A stretch of DNA of 64,000 nucleotides, from positions 10,753-74,752 of the IMG/VR virus record IMGVR_UViG_3300020045_009164; one strand, 5' to 3'. The notes beneath the pieces were generated by a model. That model saw only the letters and a list, made by a program, of their open reading frames with translations, had not been told where the DNA came from and did no database searches. How positions within the stretch are numbered: the first letter of the stretch is position 1; each line of letters begins with the position of its first letter. A program made the position numbers and the translations under genes. Below are positions 26,442 through 35,119 of this stretch, in pieces. Origin of the DNA: a virus. Its lineage: Duplodnaviria; Caudoviricetes.

Positions 26442-27501
26442 AGAACAAGAAGAATTTTTGAAGAAATCTTGTGGAGTAAAAAGATTTGTTTGGAACGCTT
26501 GCTTGAATGAATGGAATAAAGCCTACAAACTAGGCTTCAAGCCAGATGAAGATTATATCAGGTTCTACTTAAAGGTTTTGCGAGATAAACACCCGTGGAT
26601 AGGTGAAGTTTCAAGCAAAGTTTACTATTCTTGTATAGCAGATCTAAAGGGTGCTTTTGTAAAGATGTTTAAGAAGCAAGCAAAGTACCCAAGGTTTAAG
26701 AAGAAAGGTCAAAGAGATTCTTTTACTATAAGCCAAAAAGAAGTGTTCAATGTTAACGGGAGGAGGCTGAAACTTCCTCGCTTAAATAAGACAATACTTA
26801 TGAGGGAGTGTACACGGTTTAAGGGTGAGGTAAGATCATGTACGGTGGCTAGCATTGGTGGGAAGTGGTTTGTGTCAGTGTTGGTTAAGTTGAGTAGTAA
26901 CCCATTCCTGAATAAATTTCCTGGCGAAAACCAAGTTGGGATTGATTTAGGTATAAAAGAAATGGCCGTCCTGTCAAATGGGGAGGTTTTTAAAGCTAAC
27001 CAACCACTGAAAAATGAGTTAAAAAGACTGGCCAAACTACAGAGGTCTTTGGCTAAGAAAGAGAAAGGGAGTAACAGATGGGAGAGTAATAAGAAAAAGA
27101 TTTCTAAGTTGTATAGGCGAGTGTCTAATAAGAGGTCTGCTGTCATCAATGAATTTACAGACTACGTGACAAAGACCTTCAATAGGATTGTGATTGAGGA
27201 TCTTAATATTGCTGGTATGATTAAGAATCATAATTTGTCCAGAGCATTGAGCGATGTGTCTTTATCAGAAATAAGAAGACAATTTTATTACAAGTCTGTT
27301 GCTAGACATGGTGAGTTGGTAATAGCCAATAGATTTTTTCCAAGCTCTAAAATATGTAGCAAGTGCGGCAGTATTGATAAAGATTTAACTCTAAATGATA
27401 GAGTTTATAAGTGCAGTTGTGGTTTAGTGATGGATCGTGACCTCAACGCTGCTATAAACCTGTTAAACTACAGTCCTGGACAGATTCAAGCCGGACTCTA
27501 A
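26404..27501 (+). CDS. tnpB: RNA-guided endonuclease TnpB (IS200/IS605/IS607 OrfB family)
   Basis: N-term HTH_OrfB (IELRPTKEQ...RFVWN); RuvC GIDLG, IEDL, DRDLNAA; Zn finger CSKC/CSC. Confidence 0.95.
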   Translation: MYLSHKIELRPTKEQEEFLKKSCGVKRFVWNACLNEWNKAYKLGFKPDEDYIRFYLKVLRDKHPWIGEVSSKVYYSCIADLKGAFVKMFKKQAKYPRFKKKGQRDSFTISQKEVFNVNGRRLKLPRLNKTILMRECTRFKGEVRSCTVASIGGKWFVSVLVKLSSNPFLNKFPGENQVGIDLGIKEMAVLSNGEVFKANQPLKNELKRLAKLQRSLAKKEKGSNRWESNKKKISKLYRRVSNKRSAVINEFTDYVTKTFNRIVIEDLNIAGMIKNHNLSRALSDVSLSEIRRQFYYKSVARHGELVIANRFFPSSKICSKCGSIDKDLTLNDRVYKCSCGLVMDRDLNAAINLLNYSPGQIQAGL

Positions 27502-27575
27502 ACTTGCACAGAAGAGTAGACAGGTTGCTGTTTATGTTGACGCTGTGAATAATGACCTAAGTTTAGGAAAATTTA
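27465..27575 (+). ncRNA. Putative TnpB omegaRNA (reRNA) scaffold plus guide
   Basis: Overlaps tnpB 3' end; AGTCC/GGACT stem; CACAG (27507-11)/CTGTG (27543-47) pseudoknot-type pairing; exact ends uncertain. Confidence 0.55.
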
Positions 27576-27668
27576 ATGAATCAGATGAAATCCTGTAAGC
27601 CCACCACCATGCTTATGTAAATAATGGTATTTGATACTAAACAAAATTTTAACTGGAGGAGAAAGAAA

Positions 27669-29006
27669 GTGAAACAAGTCTTGGATAGTATAAACCAGAT
27701 AGCAGCAGTAGGTAGTACCAAAGCCAAGTCAGCGATCATCAAGCAGCACTTGCCAGGAAATGAGTTGTTCCAGAAGGTAGTCAAGTATGCTCTGGATCAG
27801 AACAAGTCTTTCAATGTGACTGAGTTGGTCACAGGCAAACCCATTACACAAGTTTATGTGGGGGAGATATTCAAAAAGTTGGATGACTTAGACTCCAAAA
27901 GAGGAGCCACAGATAAAGACATTCAAGAGTTGTCCAATCTAGCAGCCTCATTTGATGGGGGTTATGAAATAGTCACTAAGATAATACAGAAAGATCTCAA
28001 GTGTGGGTGTGGAGCCAAGGCTTTCAATGACGTAATGCCTGGACTGGTCTTTGAAGTTCCCTACCAGCGGTTCTCCAGCTTTAAGGCAATTGATAAAATA
28101 GATTTTGAGAGTGACACTGTAATTGCTCAGATAAAATATGACGGAACCTTCGCATACCTCATGCCAGATGGTTCATTCTTGTCTCGCAACGGCAGTAGCT
28201 ACTCTCTCAATGGCGCCATAGAAAGATCTGAAGAATGGATCTCCGGCCTTGGTGATTATCTTATCTGGATGGGCGAGCTTCTAGTCCTTGGGCCTGATGG
28301 TAAGTTCCTCCCGAGGAAAACTGGGAATGGAATCATCAACAAGTTCATTTCAGGTGAAGGTGATGGGGCCAACAGAGATAAGGTGAGGTACATCACCTGG
28401 GGGTGTATCACTGTCGAGGATTTCAACAGAGGCTATTCTAGTACCACATATTTGGAGATGTTGGACACAATTCTGCCATTTCATCAGCATATTAAAGGAA
28501 GTAAGATCCAATTCTCCAAATCAGAATTTGTTAAAACTAAGGAAGAAGCCCTTGCCTTCTATAAGCGATGTAGGGAGCGGAAAGAAGAAGGAGCAATGGT
28601 CAAGGTAATCAACAAGCTCAAGTGGAAAGATGAGTCTTCAGGTAGCAAGTTTGGAGTGAAGTTGAAGCCTGTAGCTGAGGCAGAGTTCGTGATTGTTGAT
28701 GCCTACCACGGGGACAAGAAAGGCAAGTATGCTTCAGCCTTAGGTGGGCTGGTTGTTAAGACCCAAGATGACAGGATACTCACCAAGATTGGCGGTGGCT
28801 TCTCAGACGAGGAGCGGTTCCTTGGAGTGGATTGGTGGAAGTCTCAGGTGGGCAGAATCATCACTGCTGAGTTCACTGGAATCACCACTGACAAATCATC
28901 CAGAGAAACCTTCTGCCTGGAACATTCAAGATTCTCAGAACTCAGGCACGATAAAACTGAGGCTGATTCCTATAACTATTGCTTAGAGGCTGTGAACAAT
29001 GCTTAG
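27669..29006 (+). CDS. ATP-dependent DNA ligase
   Basis: QIKYDG adenylation motif, MGEL, EGAMVK, KLK, OB-fold KIGGGFSD; GTG start after GGAGGAG. Confidence 0.9.
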   Translation: MKQVLDSINQIAAVGSTKAKSAIIKQHLPGNELFQKVVKYALDQNKSFNVTELVTGKPITQVYVGEIFKKLDDLDSKRGATDKDIQELSNLAASFDGGYEIVTKIIQKDLKCGCGAKAFNDVMPGLVFEVPYQRFSSFKAIDKIDFESDTVIAQIKYDGTFAYLMPDGSFLSRNGSSYSLNGAIERSEEWISGLGDYLIWMGELLVLGPDGKFLPRKTGNGIINKFISGEGDGANRDKVRYITWGCITVEDFNRGYSSTTYLEMLDTILPFHQHIKGSKIQFSKSEFVKTKEEALAFYKRCRERKEEGAMVKVINKLKWKDESSGSKFGVKLKPVAEAEFVIVDAYHGDKKGKYASALGGLVVKTQDDRILTKIGGGFSDEERFLGVDWWKSQVGRIITAEFTGITTDKSSRETFCLEHSRFSELRHDKTEADSYNYCLEAVNNA

Positions 29007-29184
29007 AGTTGAAATCACAGTTGATATTTTAAAGAGAACGCCCATGGCTATCCTGGTTGATGACGGTGACGTACAGGAATGGATACCTCTCAGCCTTATT
29101 GAAGAGGAGCCTGAGAAAGGTGATGTGTTGGGTGTGGAGATCTCTATTCCTGAATGGCTGGCTATTGATAAGGGGTTTGTATGA
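28999..29184 (+). CDS. Conserved small phage protein
   Basis: T.MAILV..G.VQEWIPLS...IPEWLA..KG. Confidence 0.75.
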   Translation: MLRVEITVDILKRTPMAILVDDGDVQEWIPLSLIEEEPEKGDVLGVEISIPEWLAIDKGFV

Positions 29185-29402
29185 GAATCAATATAGGAGA
29201 GGTGCTGTGTCCTCAATGTACTTTCATGAAGCAAACAGGAGTGACGCCAGAGATGATGGGTAGACCATCAAAGCCTATAATGTACTGCCAAGCTCCTTAT
29301 CCAGTTTACTGTAGACCTGCCATCGGTTTGAGTGAGCATGGCTTCCCCATAATTGGAACTGTAATAGGATCAGGCTGTGACCTGTTTGAGGCAAAGAAAT
29401 GA
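29181..29402 (+). CDS. Cys-rich hypothetical protein
   Basis: ATGA coupling. Confidence 0.6.
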   Translation: MRINIGEVLCPQCTFMKQTGVTPEMMGRPSKPIMYCQAPYPVYCRPAIGLSEHGFPIIGTVIGSGCDLFEAKK

Positions 29403-29566
29403 AAGACTTACTAGCTAAAATAACTGAAGTGAAAGATCTAGCTTCCAACATCGGGAGGACAGCCAAGATACCACCAAAGGACCATGAAAGGATCTTGGAG
29501 GTCTATGGATGTTTAGTGTTGGCCGAGAAGAGATTGAAGAGTTTGATGGAGGTGGAGGTTGACTGA
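29399..29566 (+). CDS. 55-aa hypothetical protein (not in ORF track)
   Basis: ATGA coupling; fills gap. Confidence 0.55.
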   Translation: MKDLLAKITEVKDLASNIGRTAKIPPKDHERILEVYGCLVLAEKRLKSLMEVEVD

Positions 29567-29873
29567 CTCAAAAGATAAGAAGTATGATGAAGGAAAACCA
29601 ATGGTGGGCCTGATGAAGAAGGACTTCTCAAGGGCGTTGTTAGCAGTAGCTGAAGTAACTACCTATGGAGTGAAGAAGTATAACCAACCAGGATCTTGGA
29701 GACTGGTTGAGAACGGCTTGGATAGGTATGAAGATGCTCTTGGAAGGCATGACTTGAATATGTCGTCTGAAGAATATGACCAAGAGTCTGGTCTTCTCCA
29801 TGCTGCACACAGAGCATGGAATGCTCTTGCTACCCTTGAGCTTCTACTAACTCCCTCCTCTTCATCCAAGTAG
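29559..29873 (+). CDS. dATP/dGTP diphosphohydrolase domain protein (DUF5664)
   Basis: KYDEGKP, V.TYG.KKY....W, RY..A..RH, D.ESGLLH.AH.AWN. Confidence 0.88.
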   Translation: MTDSKDKKYDEGKPMVGLMKKDFSRALLAVAEVTTYGVKKYNQPGSWRLVENGLDRYEDALGRHDLNMSSEEYDQESGLLHAAHRAWNALATLELLLTPSSSSK

Positions 29874-31626
29874 ATTGATTAAAAATATCAGGGTATTTCT
29901 CTTTCATAAACTGCCAAAGAGGGATTCCCTGATATTTCCTACAAAGAAAATCTAGGCTCACCTCACTCAACATGTAGTCTCCATCATGGACTTCATGGAG
30001 AAGGAAGATGGCTCTCATCTCACCGTTCGCCTGTGGTCCCCGGTACTCCTCATCATGTAGGTAGCAGCTTGACGCCACTAAACCTCTGATAGTCTTACCA
30101 GTGTTGAGGAACCTACTTCCTACGAGGTAGGTCTGCTGATGCCCTTGTACAAATGTAAAACTCAAATTTTTCAACCTAGTGTCAATTGAATATCCGCTGT
30201 AAGGTCTACCCGAAAGGGGGTTACAAAAGTAGTGGCTGTAGCTAACCCCATCTATAGTAACTATCTCTAGGAAAGGATGGACTTTCCAACCGAAGTCCTC
30301 ATAGCCAAGATCCTTGATAGACATGAAGCCTTCAAGTGACGGATCAGATTCTACAGCTCTAGTTATCCTACAGTTACCAGAAAAAATTGGTTTGTTGTCT
30401 CTTCTGATCATAAGAGTTTCGTTATCAACAACAGCACACCAAACTTTACCAGTGTAATGTATTCTTTTCTTAAGAAATTTTTCAACTCTGCATTTAGTGG
30501 CCTTGGTTATATTCACCCTAAAGTGAGTGGGCCTGTATTCAGATATCGTAGCCCTGTATCCCTTAGTAATGCACAGTGCCTGTAGACTTTCGCATATTTC
30601 CTTCCTACCATAAAATACTCTTGAGTCAGTGGCTCTAGTTGGTATAGACCCATCACAAAATATTAGAGTTTCTAAAAACACTTCAAACTGTTTTTGGTTC
30701 AGATTAAAAGCCCAGGGTGGCATTAGTTTGTTGTTATCTGGACACCAGTTAGGTCTTGTCATGTAGAATTCAAAAGCAACTTTAGCTCTGGCCTTTAGTT
30801 TTTTCCCACAAATATGAGTTATGTTCCTATCTCTTTCCTTTTCGTCAAAATCTACACCAGCTTCTAATATTATATTTCTAATGTGGTTTGCCTTCTCTCC
30901 AGATTGGTAAAAAGTTAGCCTTCTACTTAGTCCGTGGTGGGAGTCAGTCAAAGCTACAGCAGAAAATCTTATCTGTTCAAGGGACAGAGACACCCCATTA
31001 CCAGAGGGAGCGCTAACAAACTGGTCACAAGCTGAAGGGCAGTCTTTGGCCATCCCTTCATGCATTTTAGTCCCTTCATTGTTAGTCCAGATAACTCTGT
31101 GATTAGGAGTCACACACATACTGACTGTTCTTGAGTGATGTATTAGCATCTCTCCATTGTAGTCATTACATATAATCTCTTTTACTGGTTGCCACTCCCC
31201 ACTCTGATTCTTTCTTATGGTGTATACCAATTCCCCTACCTGAAGTTCAGAGAATAGTTTCCATCCAGACTCAGTTAGTATCTCTGTTGCTGTATCATAA
31301 CACTCATGGTTGCCTAACACTAGGCGCATCTCAGGCTTATACAGCTTATGTTTCTGCCCTTCCATCTTGGAGTTGTAATTCTTGAGTGGCCTTAACAGCA
31401 ACTCCATCCCCTCTTTAGCAGCCTCTATATCTTTCTTATACCGCTTTCCTTCGGCTCTGAGCTTTCCTTTGTCGTAGCTAGACAGGCTTTCCATATCAGC
31501 GAAGTCACCCAGATCAACGATAACATCTGGCTTCTTCTCAACTATGTACTGGCCTATCCATGAGAGGTGGTCTTTTGGGGAGGTGGGTGTTACTTGAGTG
31601 TCAGGTATGACTAAATGTTTCCTCAT
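29830..31626 (-). CDS. Metallophosphoesterase interrupted by an intein
   Basis: IPDTQ, LGDFAD, GNHE, SH, GHQQ motifs; 310-aa insert. Confidence 0.85.
   Translation of the reverse strand: MRKHLVIPDTQVTPTSPKDHLSWIGQYIVEKKPDVIVDLGDFADMESLSSYDKGKLRAEGKRYKKDIEAAKEGMELLLRPLKNYNSKMEGQKHKLYKPEMRLVLGNHECYDTATEILTESGWKLFSELQVGELVYTIRKNQSGEWQPVKEIICNDYNGEMLIHHSRTVSMCVTPNHRVIWTNNEGTKMHEGMAKDCPSACDQFVSAPSGNGVSLSLEQIRFSAVALTDSHHGLSRRLTFYQSGEKANHIRNIILEAGVDFDEKERDRNITHICGKKLKARAKVAFEFYMTRPNWCPDNNKLMPPWAFNLNQKQFEVFLETLIFCDGSIPTRATDSRVFYGRKEICESLQALCITKGYRATISEYRPTHFRVNITKATKCRVEKFLKKRIHYTGKVWCAVVDNETLMIRRDNKPIFSGNCRITRAVESDPSLEGFMSIKDLGYEDFGWKVHPFLEIVTIDGVSYSHYFCNPLSGRPYSGYSIDTRLKNLSFTFVQGHQQTYLVGSRFLNTGKTIRGLVASSCYLHDEEYRGPQANGEMRAIFLLHEVHDGDYMLSEVSLDFLCRKYQGIPLWQFMKEKYPDIFNQSTWMKRRELVEAQG
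30373..31302 (-). mobile_element. Intein with LAGLIDADG-type endonuclease (310 aa)
   Basis: C1 (CYDTATEILTESGW), block B TPNH, LIFCDGS, block G VWC...SGN|C+1. Confidence 0.9.
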
Positions 31627-31692
31627 CTAAGCCTCCAGTAGTATTTGTTTGTTAGACTTATACTACTGGATTTACTGTGAGAAATCAATTAA

Positions 31693-32190
31693 TTAGATGT
31701 AATCAAGAAGGTCTGAGGCTCTATTAATCCAGCCAGTTATAAAACCTCGCTGGCTAGGATCTCTAGAGATGAGTTTAGAGTATCTTCTCATACGGTTGGA
31801 AACAATCTTGCCAGCTATGTTGTAAGGGTTACAACTCTCCAGCTTGGCCAGAGTGACTGGACCAATAACCCCGTCAACACCAATGTTGTCTCCCTGGGAG
31901 TTGATAGCCTTCTGGAGCCAGATAGCTCCTGAACCTACGCCGCAGTTGACTGAGGAGTCAAATACAGCGATGGCTATGGGTGTAGGCATGAGGTGGCATT
32001 TATTCTTCAGCCAGTAGTCTCTAATGTAGATTTCATCAGCCTGTTCAAGAGTTAGGTTGGCTATATCCACATCAGGATACTGTTTCTTACATATGCCAAA
32101 ACGGGTGAGACCTCCACGATCATTGACATCGTAACTGGTCCCACCTTCGTGGTCGTACATGAATTTAAATGCTAGGGTTTTTGAGTCCAC
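31693..32190 (-). CDS. Endolysin, glycoside hydrolase family 108 with PG-binding domain
   Basis: HEGG...DRGGLTRFGI, Y...YW, VFDSSVNCG, DGVIGPVT, F..GW.NR. Confidence 0.9.
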   Translation of the reverse strand: MDSKTLAFKFMYDHEGGTSYDVNDRGGLTRFGICKKQYPDVDIANLTLEQADEIYIRDYWLKNKCHLMPTPIAIAVFDSSVNCGVGSGAIWLQKAINSQGDNIGVDGVIGPVTLAKLESCNPYNIAGKIVSNRMRRYSKLISRDPSQRGFITGWINRASDLLDYI

Positions 32191-32486
32191 TACGCCAGAA
32201 CCTCGTAGCCAAGGTAGGCATTAGCAACTGTGACTGGCTTAACAATCCTATAGACTCCAGGGGCTGGCAACTTTACAGTGTTAGGTATAGCTGAGAGTAC
32301 AACAGGGCCGCTCTCATTCATGTAGGCGTGGTAAGAAGTAGAAGGTCCGAGCCTAAAGACCTGGGCCACCTCTCCGACTCCGAAGCCATCTGCTGTGACC
32401 AAGGTGTCCTTAGTAGCCGGGATGTCTGTGGCTGCTGCTATTGCTACAGCCGTTTTTACACCATTAACTATTACTGTTATCGCCAT
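32190..32486 (-). CDS. Hypothetical (possible virion) protein
   Basis: Beta-rich, A/V/T-rich. Confidence 0.6.
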   Translation of the reverse strand: MAITVIVNGVKTAVAIAAATDIPATKDTLVTADGFGVGEVAQVFRLGPSTSYHAYMNESGPVVLSAIPNTVKLPAPGVYRIVKPVTVANAYLGYEVLA

Positions 32487-32748
32487 TGAGAACTCCCTTT
32501 ATCCAGAAAAATATTCCAACTGTAGAGGTACTAAGGTAAGCCCCAACAGCTATTGACTTTAAACCTATATATTTTAGAAGTGAATTGGCTCTGCCAGCTC
32601 TATTCCAGATTCCTGCGGCTAGAGCCAAGTCACTCTTTAATTTCAAAATAAAACTACCAACTCTGTAAGCAGCGTCATGATCATAACAGAGATCACTAAT
32701 ATCAACCCCTAGGGGCTTATCCCAAAACCACGTACAGTAATCAGCCAA
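32464..32748 (-). CDS. Phospholipase A2-like protein
   Basis: DYCT...CYDHDAAY...SD (CxxHDxxY + distal Asp). Confidence 0.55.
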   Translation of the reverse strand: MADYCTWFWDKPLGVDISDLCYDHDAAYRVGSFILKLKSDLALAAGIWNRAGRANSLLKYIGLKSIAVGAYLSTSTVGIFFWIKGVLNGDNSNS

Positions 32749-32956
32749 CTTTGTGCCTCAGATACTTCTTACTTTTCAATGCCCACCAGTCGTATTGCAT
32801 GATAACTAACCCAGCTGTAAAGACCATCATGGCCCCTAAGACTTCGTATTCATTACGATCAAAACAGACACAGGTGGCTAACAGTACCAACAACAGGGCT
32901 GAGTTATAGACTAACCAAGTAGCCAGGAGTTGACAGAGGAGTTCTTTGTTCGGCAT
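32741..32956 (-). CDS. Small membrane protein (2 TM), holin/antiholin candidate
   Basis: Hydrophobicity, basic C-terminus, lysis context. Confidence 0.6.
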   Translation of the reverse strand: MPNKELLCQLLATWLVYNSALLLVLLATCVCFDRNEYEVLGAMMVFTAGLVIMQYDWWALKSKKYLRHKVG

Positions 32957-33271
32957 TTATTCTCTCCCAATGAGGTTTCTAATCATACTGAAGCCCTCAG
33001 CTGAGAGTAGGAACCGTACTATGTTGAGGCTTATAACACCAGCGGTGAAGCTGCCAGCATAAGGAAGAACTTCAGAAGACGATATGGTTGTGACCCAATG
33101 GCCAGCTATTATTCCTATAGGCATGGCAACGAAGAGGATTCTACCTACCTCCCCCCACCAAGAGACTCTAGGATCGTTACTGGTTCCAGTAACGATCCTA
33201 GCTATACCACCACTAGCAGCGAGGAGTCCGAACACTGCTTCAATATCAAGTCCCGGTATTTTATCAAACAT
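32957..33271 (-). CDS. Putative holin (3 TM)
   Basis: Three hydrophobic segments upstream of endolysin. Confidence 0.65.
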   Translation of the reverse strand: MFDKIPGLDIEAVFGLLAASGGIARIVTGTSNDPRVSWWGEVGRILFVAMPIGIIAGHWVTTISSSEVLPYAGSFTAGVISLNIVRFLLSAEGFSMIRNLIGRE

Positions 33272-33316
33272 TATGGCTCCGATAGTAGATTAGTTTATAG
33301 GAGCATTATACCATAA

Positions 33317-33550
33317 CTACTTTTTGAAAACTCCAGATTTGTTCAGAGCAGCAACCACAACACTGATTACTTTTTCAAGCATTGGCCAGATCTCAGAGAC
33401 TCCTTCGTAGGTGGCTGTGAGGATCTCTTTAACAGCCTCCAGCTTCTCCTTTCCCTTACCAGAACCTTCCGGCCAGATCTCATTTTCAACTACCTTGAGT
33501 ACTGCTACCAAGGCTGGGATCAATTGTAAAACTTTCAAGATTTTGTCCAT
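33317..33550 (-). CDS. Holin-like amphipathic phage protein
   Basis: G.GKEKL..V motif; lysis context. Confidence 0.5.
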   Translation of the reverse strand: MDKILKVLQLIPALVAVLKVVENEIWPEGSGKGKEKLEAVKEILTATYEGVSEIWPMLEKVISVVVAALNKSGVFKK

Positions 33551-33604
33551 CTGAATAATCTCCTTATGGCTTTTAATATTTTCTCATCCCATTTAAGCGG
33601 TAGC

Positions 33605-33907
33605 TTAAACGTTACCTTCACCCCTGCTTTCAGCAGTGATTTTTTCGATTCCGTGTCTAATTCCAATTCCTTTTACCCCAGCTGAGATCATGTAGAAGCC
33701 GCCAGTTAAAGCGGCTAGTGACACCTCAACATCAATTTCAGGAGTGAGGCCGAGATCTGGATAGGCGTAACTGATCAGTCCTACAAGGCCAGCTATGAGA
33801 GAGCCTATACCTGTGAGGATCTCTCCTGCTGCTCCCACATAAGCCTTCTTGCCATCAAACCTGTTGGCTAGGTATTTAATTCCTAGACTTACTAAGATCT
33901 TGTTCAT
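33605..33907 (-). CDS. Membrane protein
   Basis: Two hydrophobic Gly/Ala-rich segments. Confidence 0.6.
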   Translation of the reverse strand: MNKILVSLGIKYLANRFDGKKAYVGAAGEILTGIGSLIAGLVGLISYAYPDLGLTPEIDVEVSLAALTGGFYMISAGVKGIGIRHGIEKITAESRGEGNV

Positions 33908-34569
33908 TCAACTACCTCTGGAACTACCTCTGGAGTTACAATTTCTTCAGGAACTTCCTCTTCCAAAACTTCTTCCTCAGGAGGTGGAACATTAGTAGTG
34001 GAGTTGGAATCTACAGGCTCTATGGTCCCGTCACCAGTGCTGACCTGAGTCTGATTGACGTTGGTAGTATTCTTTGTACTGCTGTCGTTTATATCGTTGC
34101 CAGCAGTGCTAACATCCCCACCAGCTGTAGTCTTATTTCCGCTTATCTTATCACCAGCCGCCCCCATGAGAGAGTCAGCCAGCTTAACAGCTCCAGTGGT
34201 GAGTATTCCAACAGTGGCTACGCTCTTAACATCAGATGAGTATTGCCTCTTCGTCTTGCCTTGTTCCTGCGCCCACACAATATAGGCGTCCCATACATTT
34301 GTTCCAGGCTTACAGACATTCTGGTTTTTACCAAAAACATCCTTCACCATGGACATAGTCTCCCGGTGCATCAAGGCATAGGCTTTGTCGTTACTAGCCA
34401 AGCTGTCATACTTTTCAAGCTCTTTCCCTTCTTTGTCCTGCACCCATTTTAGGCAGTCACTGACAGAAGAATCAGCCGTAGCTGGCAAGTCCTTGGCCAT
34501 GTCCACAGGGGATTTAATAGAGCAGCCAGTCACCAACACCAAAATAACAGCCAGTAAAGTTGTTTTCAT
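33904..34569 (-). CDS. Lipoprotein (spanin-like candidate)
   Basis: Lipobox LVTG|C16; acidic P/E tail. Confidence 0.6.
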   Translation of the reverse strand: MKTTLLAVILVLVTGCSIKSPVDMAKDLPATADSSVSDCLKWVQDKEGKELEKYDSLASNDKAYALMHRETMSMVKDVFGKNQNVCKPGTNVWDAYIVWAQEQGKTKRQYSSDVKSVATVGILTTGAVKLADSLMGAAGDKISGNKTTAGGDVSTAGNDINDSSTKNTTNVNQTQVSTGDGTIEPVDSNSTTNVPPPEEEVLEEEVPEEIVTPEVVPEVVE

Positions 34570-34588
34570 TTTGTCTCCTTCCTCCTTG

Positions 34589-35095
34589 TTAAGCCGCTAC
34601 TGCTTTGATGACTGCGAAGTTCAGCGTGATTGCTTCAGCCAAAGCACCGACTGACAGGTTAGCCAAGGTAATATGACAAGAGCCAGTTGCCACACCATCA
34701 ACGGAAATTTGGTAGGAGCTGACAGTAGCCACGCCTTTGATACAGACTACGACAACGTCCGTAGCAGCGATGGTTGAGTTGGTGAGAGTAAAACCAACTT
34801 CAGCACCAGCAGCCAATTCAGCAGCGTGCATAGTGATAGTTCCACAGGTCTTATTCAGAGTTACTGCTGTGGTCTTGTCAGTCCCTTGAGTGACAGTCCC
34901 ACCAGCACCAGTGGCATATCCCAAATTACCAGTGGCTGTGACGTTAGTTCCAGCTACAGAACCAGCCAGAGTAGCCCCTGTAATGGTTGGGGTAGTGATG
35001 GTACAGCCTGATAAGGTACAACCAGTCAAGGTTGAGGTTATCATGGTACATGCTTCGAGTGCTGCTTTAAGACTTCCTGGCCAGTTGAATCTCAT
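34589..35095 (-). CDS. Virion appendage/fibre-like protein
   Basis: T/G/A-rich repeats TLTGxT; GGTVTQ...TLNKTCGTITM family. Confidence 0.6.
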   Translation of the reverse strand: MRFNWPGSLKAALEACTMITSTLTGCTLSGCTITTPTITGATLAGSVAGTNVTATGNLGYATGAGGTVTQGTDKTTAVTLNKTCGTITMHAAELAAGAEVGFTLTNSTIAATDVVVVCIKGVATVSSYQISVDGVATGSCHITLANLSVGALAEAITLNFAVIKAVAA

Positions 35096-35119
35096 TGTTG
35101 ATCACCTTTTGTTTTGATT

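Noticed and set aside
26404-27501. TnpB as a nuclease-dead TldR-type repressor
   Set aside because: All three RuvC acidic residues (GIDLG, IEDL, DRD) are intact
29559-29873. 2-aminoadenine (Z) or 7-deazaguanine DNA-modification pathway
   Set aside because: DUF5664 alone is widespread; no PurZ, DatZ, QueC/D/E, FolE or DpdA seen
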